Source: Deltaproteobacteria bacterium
Lineage (GTDB): Bacteria; Myxococcota_A; Polyangia; Polyangiales; Houyiibacteriaceae
DNA length: 64,000 bases
Direction of reading: 5' to 3'
Assembly: GCA_034670305.1 (NCBI GenBank)
Contig: JAXMNT010000012.1
Location: forward strand, 91,534-155,533
The stretch's first letter is position 1. Each line of letters begins with the position of its first letter. Of the stretch, positions 1 to 7,731 are shown piece after piece. The notes below the pieces were generated by a model, which was given only the letters and a program-made list of their open reading frames with translations, was not told the DNA's origin and did no database searches. A program made the position numbers and the translations under genes.

Positions 1-1
1 C

Positions 2-100
2 TCGATGCGCGAAGACGGACTCGAGCTCGACAAGTTCGTGCTCGCGTTGGACGAGGACTTCGTGCCCGAAGGCGACGGCCCGCCGGAGACCCGGCCCTAG
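2..100 (+). CDS. 3' end of a CDS entering from the left edge; C-terminal MREDG..DK..L..D...P.G.GP motif of carbohydrate-associated beta-sandwich domains
   Basis: Frame 2 reads SMREDGLELDKFVLALDEDFVPEGDGPPETRP, TAG at 98-100; GC3-rich codons. Confidence 0.6.
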   Translation, partial: SMREDGLELDKFVLALDEDFVPEGDGPPETRP

Positions 101-208
101 TACCGGGGGGCGGCTCCGCGCCCGTCCCCGAAGGGTTGGTTTTCCACCCACCGAACCCACCGCCGGAAAAGCAGAAAGCTTCCACAGCCCGCGGTGGTAT
201 GAGAACCC

Positions 209-1069
209 ATGCGGTTGGCGGGTGACAAGCAGGTGCGCGCGTGGAGCTCAGGGCAGGTCAAAAAGCCCGAGACGTTGAACTACCGGACCTTCAAACCGGA
301 GAAGGACGGACTCTTCTGCGTGGAGATCTTCGGTTCGTTTCCGCCCCTGGAGCGCGGCGGGCCCGACACGCAGATCGGACACATCGAACTCTGCCAGCCA
401 GTGGTGCATCCGTGGTTCCGAACGAAGCTCGCACAGCTGCTCGGCGTGTCGGTGATCGAGGTGAACGCGCTGTGCCTGAGCGAGCGGGCGATGGTGATGG
501 ACCCGGGGCCGTCGTCGCTGCGCAGGGGACAGATCGTGACGATCGCGGAGCGGGAGAACCTGCTCGGCGAATGGGGTGGCGATGTGACGCTGGCCACTGG
601 TACCGCCGAACTGCGCGCGGTGCTTGGGTCCGCCGCGGACGAGGTGTGTTTGAACGCGGTGCCCGTGTGCCCGCCGTCGATCCGGCCCATGCAGTACCTC
701 GAAGGCAAGCTGATCAAGACCCACGGCTTGTGCGATCTGTACCGACGCATGGTGAACCGCGCGAACCGGCTGCGGCGGCTCGTGGAACTGAACGCGCCCG
801 AGATCATTCTCGTCAACGAAGCGCGCATGCAGCAGGAAGCGTTCGATGCGTTGATCGAGAACGGTGAGGGACCGAAGGTCATCACGGGCACCGACAAGGA
901 ACGACTCCCTTCGTTGCTCGATGCGTTCCGGGAGGTCCATGGCCCGAACGCCGACCCACTCGCCGGCGACTACCCGGACACGCCGCTCATCCGCTCGCTC
1001 GCGTTGACGCGAGGCAGCGCGGCCGCAAGTTCAGCCCCGGCCAACCCCGACGACTTCGACTTCGACTGA
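209..1069 (+). CDS. Stand-alone RNA polymerase beta-prime N-terminal (clamp, Rpb1 domain 1-like) protein; not a full rpoC
   Basis: WSSGQVKKPETLNYRTFKPEKDGLFC..IFG, GHIEL..PVVH.WF, PVCPPSIRP and DLYRRMVNRANRLRRL..LNAPEIIL.NE.RM.QEAFDAL..NG match RpoC motifs; ends before switch 2 and NADFDGD; no rpoB or ribosomal neighbours. Confidence 0.9.
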   Translation: MRLAGDKQVRAWSSGQVKKPETLNYRTFKPEKDGLFCVEIFGSFPPLERGGPDTQIGHIELCQPVVHPWFRTKLAQLLGVSVIEVNALCLSERAMVMDPGPSSLRRGQIVTIAERENLLGEWGGDVTLATGTAELRAVLGSAADEVCLNAVPVCPPSIRPMQYLEGKLIKTHGLCDLYRRMVNRANRLRRLVELNAPEIILVNEARMQQEAFDALIENGEGPKVITGTDKERLPSLLDAFREVHGPNADPLAGDYPDTPLIRSLALTRGSAAASSAPANPDDFDFD

Positions 1070-1238
1070 TCAGGGGCGCTCGGAGGTCGGCTCGAAGCGC
1101 CAGCGCCGGAGCACGAGCCGCTCGGTCTGCCATCGGGGGGCGAGGTTCACCGGATCCAGATACCACGACGCGCTCCAGACCAGAGCCACGGCGCTTGGGC
1201 GCAGAGCGGGCGCACAGGGCAGGTGGTATAGAAGCGGG

Positions 1239-2987
1239 ATGGACCGACGCGATCTTCGCTGGCTCTGCGCCTTGGTGCTCTCGATGGTCTCGCTGGGATG
1301 CGGTGGCCCAGGATCGACGACCGACGCTGGCCGAGAAGACGCGGGCGGCGTCGATGCGCCAGGCGCCGACGCACCCACCCAAGACGCACCCGGCGTGGAT
1401 GCGCCCACGGCCAGCGGCCGGTTCGTCTTGGTCGACACCGCGATGGACGAACCGCAGTGGCGCGAGACCTACCCGACGCCGTGTTACCTCGGCGACGCGC
1501 TGCAATGCGAAGCGCACGAGACCGGCGGCGGCATGGCGATCCGCGACGTGGACGGCGACGGAGACCTCGACGTGTTCTTGACCCACTTCGAAGCGGCGGA
1601 CGTGCTCTACCTGAACGACGGCGGCTTCGTCTTTCGCGCCACCACCATCGCCGCCCACGCCGAGGCGCTCTACACCAATGGCGCGGCGTTCGCGGACATC
1701 GACGAAGACGGCGACGCGGACCTGCTGGTGGGCACCGTGGGCGAAGACCGGTTTCGGCTCCTCATCGGAGACGGAGCGGGCAACTTCACCGAAGAGGCGG
1801 TCGCGCGTGGCGTCGCGCAGACCGCCGCCGACGAAGACGACTTTCACTCGACGATGAGCCACTGCTTCGCGGACTACGACCTCGATGGCTTTCTGGATCT
1901 CGCCACGAGCGAATGGCGCATCGAACGCGCGACTGGCACCTCGCGCAACGCGCTCCTTCGCAACCGAGGCACCGACATGCCCGGCTTCTTCACCAACGAA
2001 ACCGAAGCGCTCGGCATCGACATGATCGACGTGCCCGGCGCGACCGCCGGCGCGTGGGGGTTCACGCCGATCCTCGCAGACATGGACGGCGACGACCGAC
2101 CGGATCTCTTCTTCGCGTCGGACTTCGAATCGTCCCGGGTGTTCTGGAACGACGGCGCGACGTTCTCGGACGGCACCGACGTGGCCATGGTCGGCACCGA
2201 AGAGAACGGCATGGGCGGCGCGATCGGCGACTACGACGGCGACGGAGACTTCGACTACTTCGTCACCTCGATCGACAACCCCGACTGCGCCGGTTGCGAG
2301 GTCTGGGGCAAGACCGGCAACCGCCTCTACCGCAACGATGGCGGGCGCCGCTTCACCGACGTCACCGACGCCGCCGGCGTGCGCGGTGCGGGCTGGGCGT
2401 GGGGCACCCGCTTCTTCGACTACGATCTGGACGGCGACCTCGATCTCATCGCGACCAACGGCATGCGCAAGCCGCCCGCCACCACCAACTTCGCCACCGA
2501 CCCGACCCGCCTGTGGCGCAACGAAGGCGACGGCACGTTCACCGAAGTCGCCGGCGCAATGGGTCTCGACCACGTCGGCGTCGGCCGCGGGGTCGCCACC
2601 TTCGACGCGGACGGCGACGGAGATCTGGACGTGCTGATCACCCACAACCTCGACGCGCCGGTGCTCTACCGCAACGACGTCGGGGTGCCCGAAGACGGCG
2701 TCGGCCGCGCGTGGCTCGAAGTGCAGCCCCAGGGCAGCACCAGCAACCGCGACGGCATGGGCGCGATCGTGCGCGTGGTCGCCACCGACGGCGCCGCCCC
2801 GATGGTGCGGCTGAGCGGCAACGGCTGCGGCTTTCTCGCCCACACCCCCGGCACCCCCCACTTCGGACTCGGCGACCTCGAGTCCGTGGCGCGCATCGAA
2901 GTCTTCTTCCCCGCGAGCGGACGCATGGTGGTCATGACCGACGTCGCCACCCGTCAGCGTCTGGTCGTCGTCGAACCCGACGCCTGA
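1239..2987 (+). CDS. CRTAC1/ASPIC-UnbV family FG-GAP-repeat lipoprotein
   Basis: Lipobox LGC, many DxDGDGDLD repeats, GWAWG motif, C-terminal SNRDGMGA.V...HFGLG. Confidence 0.85.
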   Translation: MDRRDLRWLCALVLSMVSLGCGGPGSTTDAGREDAGGVDAPGADAPTQDAPGVDAPTASGRFVLVDTAMDEPQWRETYPTPCYLGDALQCEAHETGGGMAIRDVDGDGDLDVFLTHFEAADVLYLNDGGFVFRATTIAAHAEALYTNGAAFADIDEDGDADLLVGTVGEDRFRLLIGDGAGNFTEEAVARGVAQTAADEDDFHSTMSHCFADYDLDGFLDLATSEWRIERATGTSRNALLRNRGTDMPGFFTNETEALGIDMIDVPGATAGAWGFTPILADMDGDDRPDLFFASDFESSRVFWNDGATFSDGTDVAMVGTEENGMGGAIGDYDGDGDFDYFVTSIDNPDCAGCEVWGKTGNRLYRNDGGRRFTDVTDAAGVRGAGWAWGTRFFDYDLDGDLDLIATNGMRKPPATTNFATDPTRLWRNEGDGTFTEVAGAMGLDHVGVGRGVATFDADGDGDLDVLITHNLDAPVLYRNDVGVPEDGVGRAWLEVQPQGSTSNRDGMGAIVRVVATDGAAPMVRLSGNGCGFLAHTPGTPHFGLGDLESVARIEVFFPASGRMVVMTDVATRQRLVVVEPDA

Positions 2988-3110
2988 CATCCAGGTCCCG
3001 AAGCCGCCCCCGAAGCCGAAGGGAAGCCGGTGAAACGGCCAGCGCTCAGGAACCGGCGCTTCGGGAACGACCCTGTTCAGCATCGCCGGATCTCTGGGTA
3101 GAGTCGCGCC

Positions 3111-4148
3111 ATGTCAAAGCCTCTCCTTCTGACCTGGACGCTGGACGAGTGGCCGCTCGCGCGTCGCTGGGCGGACTACGTCGGCTTCCCCGAGTCCGCC
3201 CGAACCGCGCTCTTCTACGCGTGGTGGGGACCGAAGTCGTCGAAGCTCTCGATCTTCGAACGCATCGACGAACCGGACCTCGACGAAGCGGTGACCGACG
3301 CCGGGCTGTGGGTTGCGCAGCTCGGCTGGGCAGCCCTCGCCCACCACGGCGACGTGCATCAACGTTGGCAGGCGCCTCACACCGTGGTGGGTCAGCCGAT
3401 CAGGTTTCTCGCCGGACCGCACTTCGGGGATCACGACGCGCGCGGCGAGTTCGGGTTTCACGCCACCGCGACGTTCGACGGCGCGCGCTCGGTCGTGGAG
3501 TCCGATGGCTTCGAGGTGTGGAAGGTCGCCGAACTGCTGAAACCAACGAAGCCGCGCGAACTCGAAGCACGCATCGACTGGATGGAGGAGGAGACGGCGG
3601 AGCCCATTCGCGCGCTCTTTCGTGGCGACACCGACGAACTCGACTTCGCCTACCTCGACGGTCTGCTCGCGCTGCCCTCCGCTTGGTCCGACCTCGACCG
3701 GCGGGTCCTCACCGCCGCAGAGTCGCGGGGAACGACGGGCCGCGATGTGATGGCGACGCTGACCGGCTCGAGCACCCTCGTCGACGAAGCGGGGATCGCG
3801 GAGCGCCAACTCGCCGAGTGGGGCTTCTCCAGTGCGCTCTCGGTCTCGGGCGAAGGCGCGTGTCACCCAGAACATGGCAGGGCGTCCGCGTACGCGGCGC
3901 TCTCAGCAACCGCGGACATGGACAGATTCATCACCGGACTCGAGGCCCACGAGGAACCCGACATCGCATTCGTGGACGCGGTGCACCTGCTCGCCTACTT
4001 CGCACCGAAGAGCTCCCTGTGCGGCCTGTTCCTCGAACGCATCGACACCGTCATCGCCCGTTCACCCGACCCCGACGCCACGGCGGAGATGATCGCCGAC
4101 GACCCGGAACTGTCCGACCTGCTGGACGCGCTGCGCTCGAGCGACTGA
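3111..4148 (+). CDS. Hypothetical protein, 345 aa
   Basis: Host-like codon usage; TAGAGT 6 nt before ATG; no motif recognised. Confidence 0.7.
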   Translation: MSKPLLLTWTLDEWPLARRWADYVGFPESARTALFYAWWGPKSSKLSIFERIDEPDLDEAVTDAGLWVAQLGWAALAHHGDVHQRWQAPHTVVGQPIRFLAGPHFGDHDARGEFGFHATATFDGARSVVESDGFEVWKVAELLKPTKPRELEARIDWMEEETAEPIRALFRGDTDELDFAYLDGLLALPSAWSDLDRRVLTAAESRGTTGRDVMATLTGSSTLVDEAGIAERQLAEWGFSSALSVSGEGACHPEHGRASAYAALSATADMDRFITGLEAHEEPDIAFVDAVHLLAYFAPKSSLCGLFLERIDTVIARSPDPDATAEMIADDPELSDLLDALRSSD

Positions 4149-4173
4149 ACGGCTGAGCGACTGAACGGCTGAG
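4140..4173. repeat. 16-bp tandem duplication spanning the stop codon of 3111-4148
   Basis: agcgactgaacggctg occurs twice in tandem. Confidence 0.8.
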
Positions 4174-4181
4174 CTCGAGCG

Positions 4182-4706
4182 TCAGCGGTCGAAGGCGCGC
4201 CAGGTCAACGAGATGCGGGGCTCGGCGTAGCGCTGGCGTTTGATCGCGTGGACCCAGGTCTCTTGCACGACGTTCTCCATGTACAGCAGTGAGCCGGGTT
4301 GGAGGAGGAACGCGTGGCGTTCTTCGGGGTCGATGCGGCTTCGGTAGGTGAGGTTGCGGGCGTAGCCGAGCGAGACGATCGCGACGCCGGTGCCGGCGCG
4401 CAGCTCCGAGGTGTCGTCGGAGTGAAAACCCATCTTGCCGCGGCCATCGAGGTAGTAGTTCAAGAGGCAGTTGTTGAACTGGACGCCGAGCCGCTCCTGC
4501 AGACGCTCGACCATCGGGACGAGCAGCGGGTGCATCGGACACGCGGGGTAGACCATCTGCGCGTAGTTGTACGGCACCCCGAACGAGGCGGTGAGGCGCG
4601 CGGACATGCTGCGGTCCCAGTCGATGCCATCGGCGATCTTCTGAAACAACGCCTCCGCGTCGGGCACGAAGTTCTCTTCGAGGAGCAGCTCGGGCGGTCC
4701 GTGCAT
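4182..4706 (-). CDS. AlkB-family 2OG-Fe(II) dioxygenase (ALKBH2/3-like)
   Basis: FNNCLLNYY.DG..KMGFHSD (HxD), GSLL.M...Q..W.HAI and RISLTWR; start set at MHGPP. Confidence 0.88.
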   Translation of the reverse strand: MHGPPELLLEENFVPDAEALFQKIADGIDWDRSMSARLTASFGVPYNYAQMVYPACPMHPLLVPMVERLQERLGVQFNNCLLNYYLDGRGKMGFHSDDTSELRAGTGVAIVSLGYARNLTYRSRIDPEERHAFLLQPGSLLYMENVVQETWVHAIKRQRYAEPRISLTWRAFDR

Positions 4707-4803
4707 CGCGTGGAGCGCGAGGTTGGAATGACGTGCGTGCGTTGGCAACCTGCGCCGGGCTACACGCAGACCATCTGCGAGCGGCAGCCTGGTACGCTCC
4801 GGT

Positions 4804-5808
4804 GTGCGCATTGGGGTGTACGGCGCGGGGGCGATCGGATGTTACGTCGGCGGGCTGCTTCAGTCCGGCGGCGCGGACGTCGTATTCGTAGGGCGCGCGC
4901 GGACGCGAGACGAAGTGGCCGCACACGGACTGACGCTCGAAGACCTGCAGGCCGCGCCCGCGCGATTGCAGGCCGACGAGATCCGATACGAGACGGATCC
5001 GGAGGCGCTGGCCGACTGCGACGTGGTGCTCGTGTGCGTGAAGAGCGCGCAGACCGAAGCGGTCGCCGAACAGCTCGCGAAGACGGTGCCAAGCGCGCTC
5101 GTGGTCAGTCTGCAGAACGGGGTGCGCAACCCCGAGACGCTGCGGATCCACCTGCCCGACGTGATGGCTGGCATCGTGGAATTCAACGTGCGCTCGATGG
5201 GGGACGGCGTGTTCCGGCGCACGATGAGCGGTCCGATCCTGCTCGAGTCGACGGGGTCTCCGGGCGCGAACGCGTGGTTCGAAGCGATGGAGCGGAGCGC
5301 CATCGAACTCGAGACGAAGACGGACATCGTGCCGAGTCAGTGGACGAAGATGATCGTCAACCTGAACAACGCGGTGAGTGCGCTCTCGGGCGCGTCGACG
5401 CCGACGCTGCTCACGACCCCTGGGTACCGGCGGGTCATCGCCGACATCATCGACGAGGCCCTGCGGGTCCTGAAGGAAGCGCGCATCCAACCGGCGCGGC
5501 TTCGTGGCGTCCCGATCGGCTGGATGCCAAAGGTGCTGCGCATGCCCACTCGGATCGTTCGACTGGTCACCCGTGCGCAGATGAAGGTGGACCCAGAGGC
5601 GCGCTCGTCGATGTGGGAAGACCTGACCCGGAGGCGGCCCACGGAGATCGATTTTCTGAACGGGGAGGTGGTGCGCCTCGCGGAACGGCTCGACACCTCC
5701 GCGCCGATCAACGGCCGCGTCGTGGCGTTGATCCGCGAGGCGGAACGGGCCGGCAACGGACCTCCGGACTTCGACGCACCGACCCTCGAGCGGCTGCTGC
5801 GCTCGTAG
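4804..5808 (+). CDS. panE: 2-dehydropantoate 2-reductase (ApbA/PanE family)
   Basis: GAGAIG Rossmann motif, CVKS, LQNG, W.K..VN..N, SSMWEDL...R.TEIDFLNG. Confidence 0.88.
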   Translation: MRIGVYGAGAIGCYVGGLLQSGGADVVFVGRARTRDEVAAHGLTLEDLQAAPARLQADEIRYETDPEALADCDVVLVCVKSAQTEAVAEQLAKTVPSALVVSLQNGVRNPETLRIHLPDVMAGIVEFNVRSMGDGVFRRTMSGPILLESTGSPGANAWFEAMERSAIELETKTDIVPSQWTKMIVNLNNAVSALSGASTPTLLTTPGYRRVIADIIDEALRVLKEARIQPARLRGVPIGWMPKVLRMPTRIVRLVTRAQMKVDPEARSSMWEDLTRRRPTEIDFLNGEVVRLAERLDTSAPINGRVVALIREAERAGNGPPDFDAPTLERLLRS

Positions 5809-5830
5809 CCGCAGCGTGTTCGCGCCGCGT

Positions 5831-6616
5831 TCAGAGGTCGATGGAGAGCGTCAGCGTGCCGAGGTGTCCGCTCCCATCGGGACGCACGTCGATGAGCGTG
5901 TCGGTGTCGTAGCCGCCGTCCATCGGATTGAACGTTTGTCGGTCCGGCCGCTCCGCGTAGGGCGCGCCGGTGTAGACCATGTTGGTGTAGTCGTCGTCGA
6001 AGTACGCCTGGGTGGTCACGAGGGTGCTGCGGTCGAGCACGATCTTGAGGTGGATGTGTGCGGTCCGCACCGAGTACCAGCCGGGGTAGATGGTGAGGAA
6101 CTCGCTGATGCCGTTCGCGTCGGTCGGGCGCACACCGCGACAGAAGATCTCCGACTCGTCGGCGACGAGACCTCCGGGCGGCGGCTCATCGGGATCCGCA
6201 CCGGGAAACCCTGCGTACACCCCAAGCGCGTCGCACTGCCAGAGATCGACGATCAAACCCGGCAGCGGATTGCAGTCCGCATCCACCACCCGCACGCCGA
6301 AGCGCAAGAGCGCACCGGGTTTGCCTTCGCGGATGTCGAGGCGATCGAGCTCGACCGGGTAGTAGTACGGGCCCGATCCTTGGGTGGGCGTGAGGATGCA
6401 TGCGGCGTCGCCGAAGTCGGCGGGCGTGAGCGAGGTGCCCGCGTCCATCGAAGGTGCATCGGGAAGGAACGCGTCGGTTGCCAACGTGTCCGAACCAGGC
6501 GCATCGGCCAACGAGCCACCATCGGGGGAACCTTCGGTGCCGCCGCACGCGAGCCCCACCGCACCCGCGCCGATCAAGGTGAGGGTCTCTCGGCGGGTGA
6601 GCGTGTCGTCGGCCAT
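5831..6616 (-). CDS. Intradiol ring-cleavage dioxygenase family protein, Tat-exported lipoprotein
   Basis: TRRETL twin-Arg plus LAC lipobox; GPYY, DLWQCDA.G.Y, TIYPGWY..R.AHIHLK. Confidence 0.88.
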   Translation of the reverse strand: MADDTLTRRETLTLIGAGAVGLACGGTEGSPDGGSLADAPGSDTLATDAFLPDAPSMDAGTSLTPADFGDAACILTPTQGSGPYYYPVELDRLDIREGKPGALLRFGVRVVDADCNPLPGLIVDLWQCDALGVYAGFPGADPDEPPPGGLVADESEIFCRGVRPTDANGISEFLTIYPGWYSVRTAHIHLKIVLDRSTLVTTQAYFDDDYTNMVYTGAPYAERPDRQTFNPMDGGYDTDTLIDVRPDGSGHLGTLTLSIDL

Positions 6617-6759
6617 GCGCACATCATGCAGACCCGCGGACGCCGACGCCACGCGGATGGAGAACGTGCGTTCGTCTGGCAGGCTGCTGAAGAACGCCCG
6701 CAGGGCGTTCTCGCAGCCTGCCCCTTGCCCCTGCCCTTGCCTTTGCCCTTGCCCGCGGA

Positions 6760-6834
6760 TCAGCGGTCAGATCGCTTGATCAGCGCGACGAGCATCGCGA
6801 CGACCTGCTCAAGGTGGGCGAGAGCCCGTTCGAT
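6760..6834 (-). pseudogene. 3' remnant of a four-helix-bundle (23S rRNA IVP/bAvd-like) gene
   Basis: Reads IERALAHLEQVVAMLVALIKRSDR then stop; resembles the ..IVAML..L family end; followed by a hexamer array. Confidence 0.55.
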
Positions 6835-6971
6835 ATTGTCTGGTCTCTCGCGGGGTTCCTGCGGGCCCAGACGCCTTCGGCTTTCTTGGGGCCCTGGGAA
6901 ACGGCTCTGGAACTGCTCGTCGCTTCGCTCCTACGCGGGCCCAGAGCCTCCCTCGCGAGAGACAATATCGA
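6830..6971. mobile_element. MITE-like insert of about 140 bp with imperfect terminal inverted repeats
   Basis: Left tcgatattgtc(tggtc)tctcgcgggg versus right cctcgcgagagacaatatcga; absent from the other copies. Confidence 0.6.
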
Positions 6972-7196
6972 GGCAGACGCAAGACACAGTTCGCCGCCTA
7001 CCTGGCCGGCGCCGCATACAGCCTCCTACGCGTCGCGCGGCTGCGCGTAGCACCGACCGATGCCCGGCGGCTTCGTCCGCTGGGCATCGGGCTCCGATTC
7101 GCGGCCTCGCCGTCGCGAAACACACGGCGTCCACGACGCGGGCAAGGGCACGGGCAAGGGCAACGGCAAGGGAGCAGGTCGCTTTTCGGCAACCTG

Positions 7197-7532
7197 CTAG
7201 CGCGTCTCGGGCCGCATCTCGAAGCGGGTGAGCCGACAGCTTCCCCCCGCGCTCACGAGCCAGGCATCGGCGCCGACGTCGTCCACCTCCCACGCGCCGA
7301 TCGTCCCTTCGCCAGGAGGGGCGGCGTGCGGGAACAGCGGGGCCAGGTCGGCTTGGTCGGAGGTCGCGTTGCCCAGCACGGGCGCTGCGTGACTCGGCGG
7401 AGGTGGCGGGCGCTCGAGCAACTGGCGGAGGTGCGGTTCGAGGGCGAGGCCGAGCGCGCTCGCACCGAGGAAGAAGCCGAAAGCGAGCACACCGAGCCCG
7501 CGCAGGAACAATCCGTGGGCCGTGGGCACCAT
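7197..7532 (-). CDS. Small membrane-anchored hypothetical protein
   Basis: Hydrophobic GLGVLAFGFFLGASALGLAL, Pro linker; TAG stop lies in the element's CTAG. Confidence 0.5.
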   Translation of the reverse strand: MVPTAHGLFLRGLGVLAFGFFLGASALGLALEPHLRQLLERPPPPPSHAAPVLGNATSDQADLAPLFPHAAPPGEGTIGAWEVDDVGADAWLVSAGGSCRLTRFEMRPETR

Positions 7533-7731
7533 GGATGGAGATTGGTCGACCGCCGGGGAAGTGGGAGGGTTGGGATGGGAGGATGCTTGATTCTTCCCCG
7601 GCGGCACACCCACCCATAAAGCACGCGACGTGCCACTTGGGTGGCGACCATGTCGCACGGCTTTGCCGAGTTTCGGGGCCGGCGCGTTTCGCCAATCTGT
7701 CCGCCCCCCATCAGCGGGGTTGGACAGGCCG

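Larger units (their letters stand above)
6676..7200. mobile_element. Non-autonomous IS5/IS1182-like element, copy 1 (both ends present), with transposase and four-helix-bundle remnants and a nested MITE-like insert
   Basis: Inverted ends ctggcaggctgctgaagaa and ttttcggcaacctgctag; subterminal inverted (ccttgc)n/(gcaagg)n arrays; RRKTQFAAYLAGAAYSLLRVARL from 6975; near-identical sequence at 50218, 63056, 63876. Confidence 0.8.

Noticed and set aside
100-200. Riboswitch, ncRNA or terminator upstream of the clamp-like gene
   Set aside because: Only weak GC pairing; no recognisable family or U-tract
209-1069. Calling this the housekeeping rpoC or cyanobacterial-type rpoC1
   Set aside because: Too short; lacks the zinc ribbon, switch 2 and NADFDGD (rpoC1 contains these); the downstream sequence is unrelated
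6676-7200. Intact autonomous IS, or a diversity-generating retroelement
   Set aside because: Only about 25 codons of transposase remain; no reverse transcriptase or TR/VR pair
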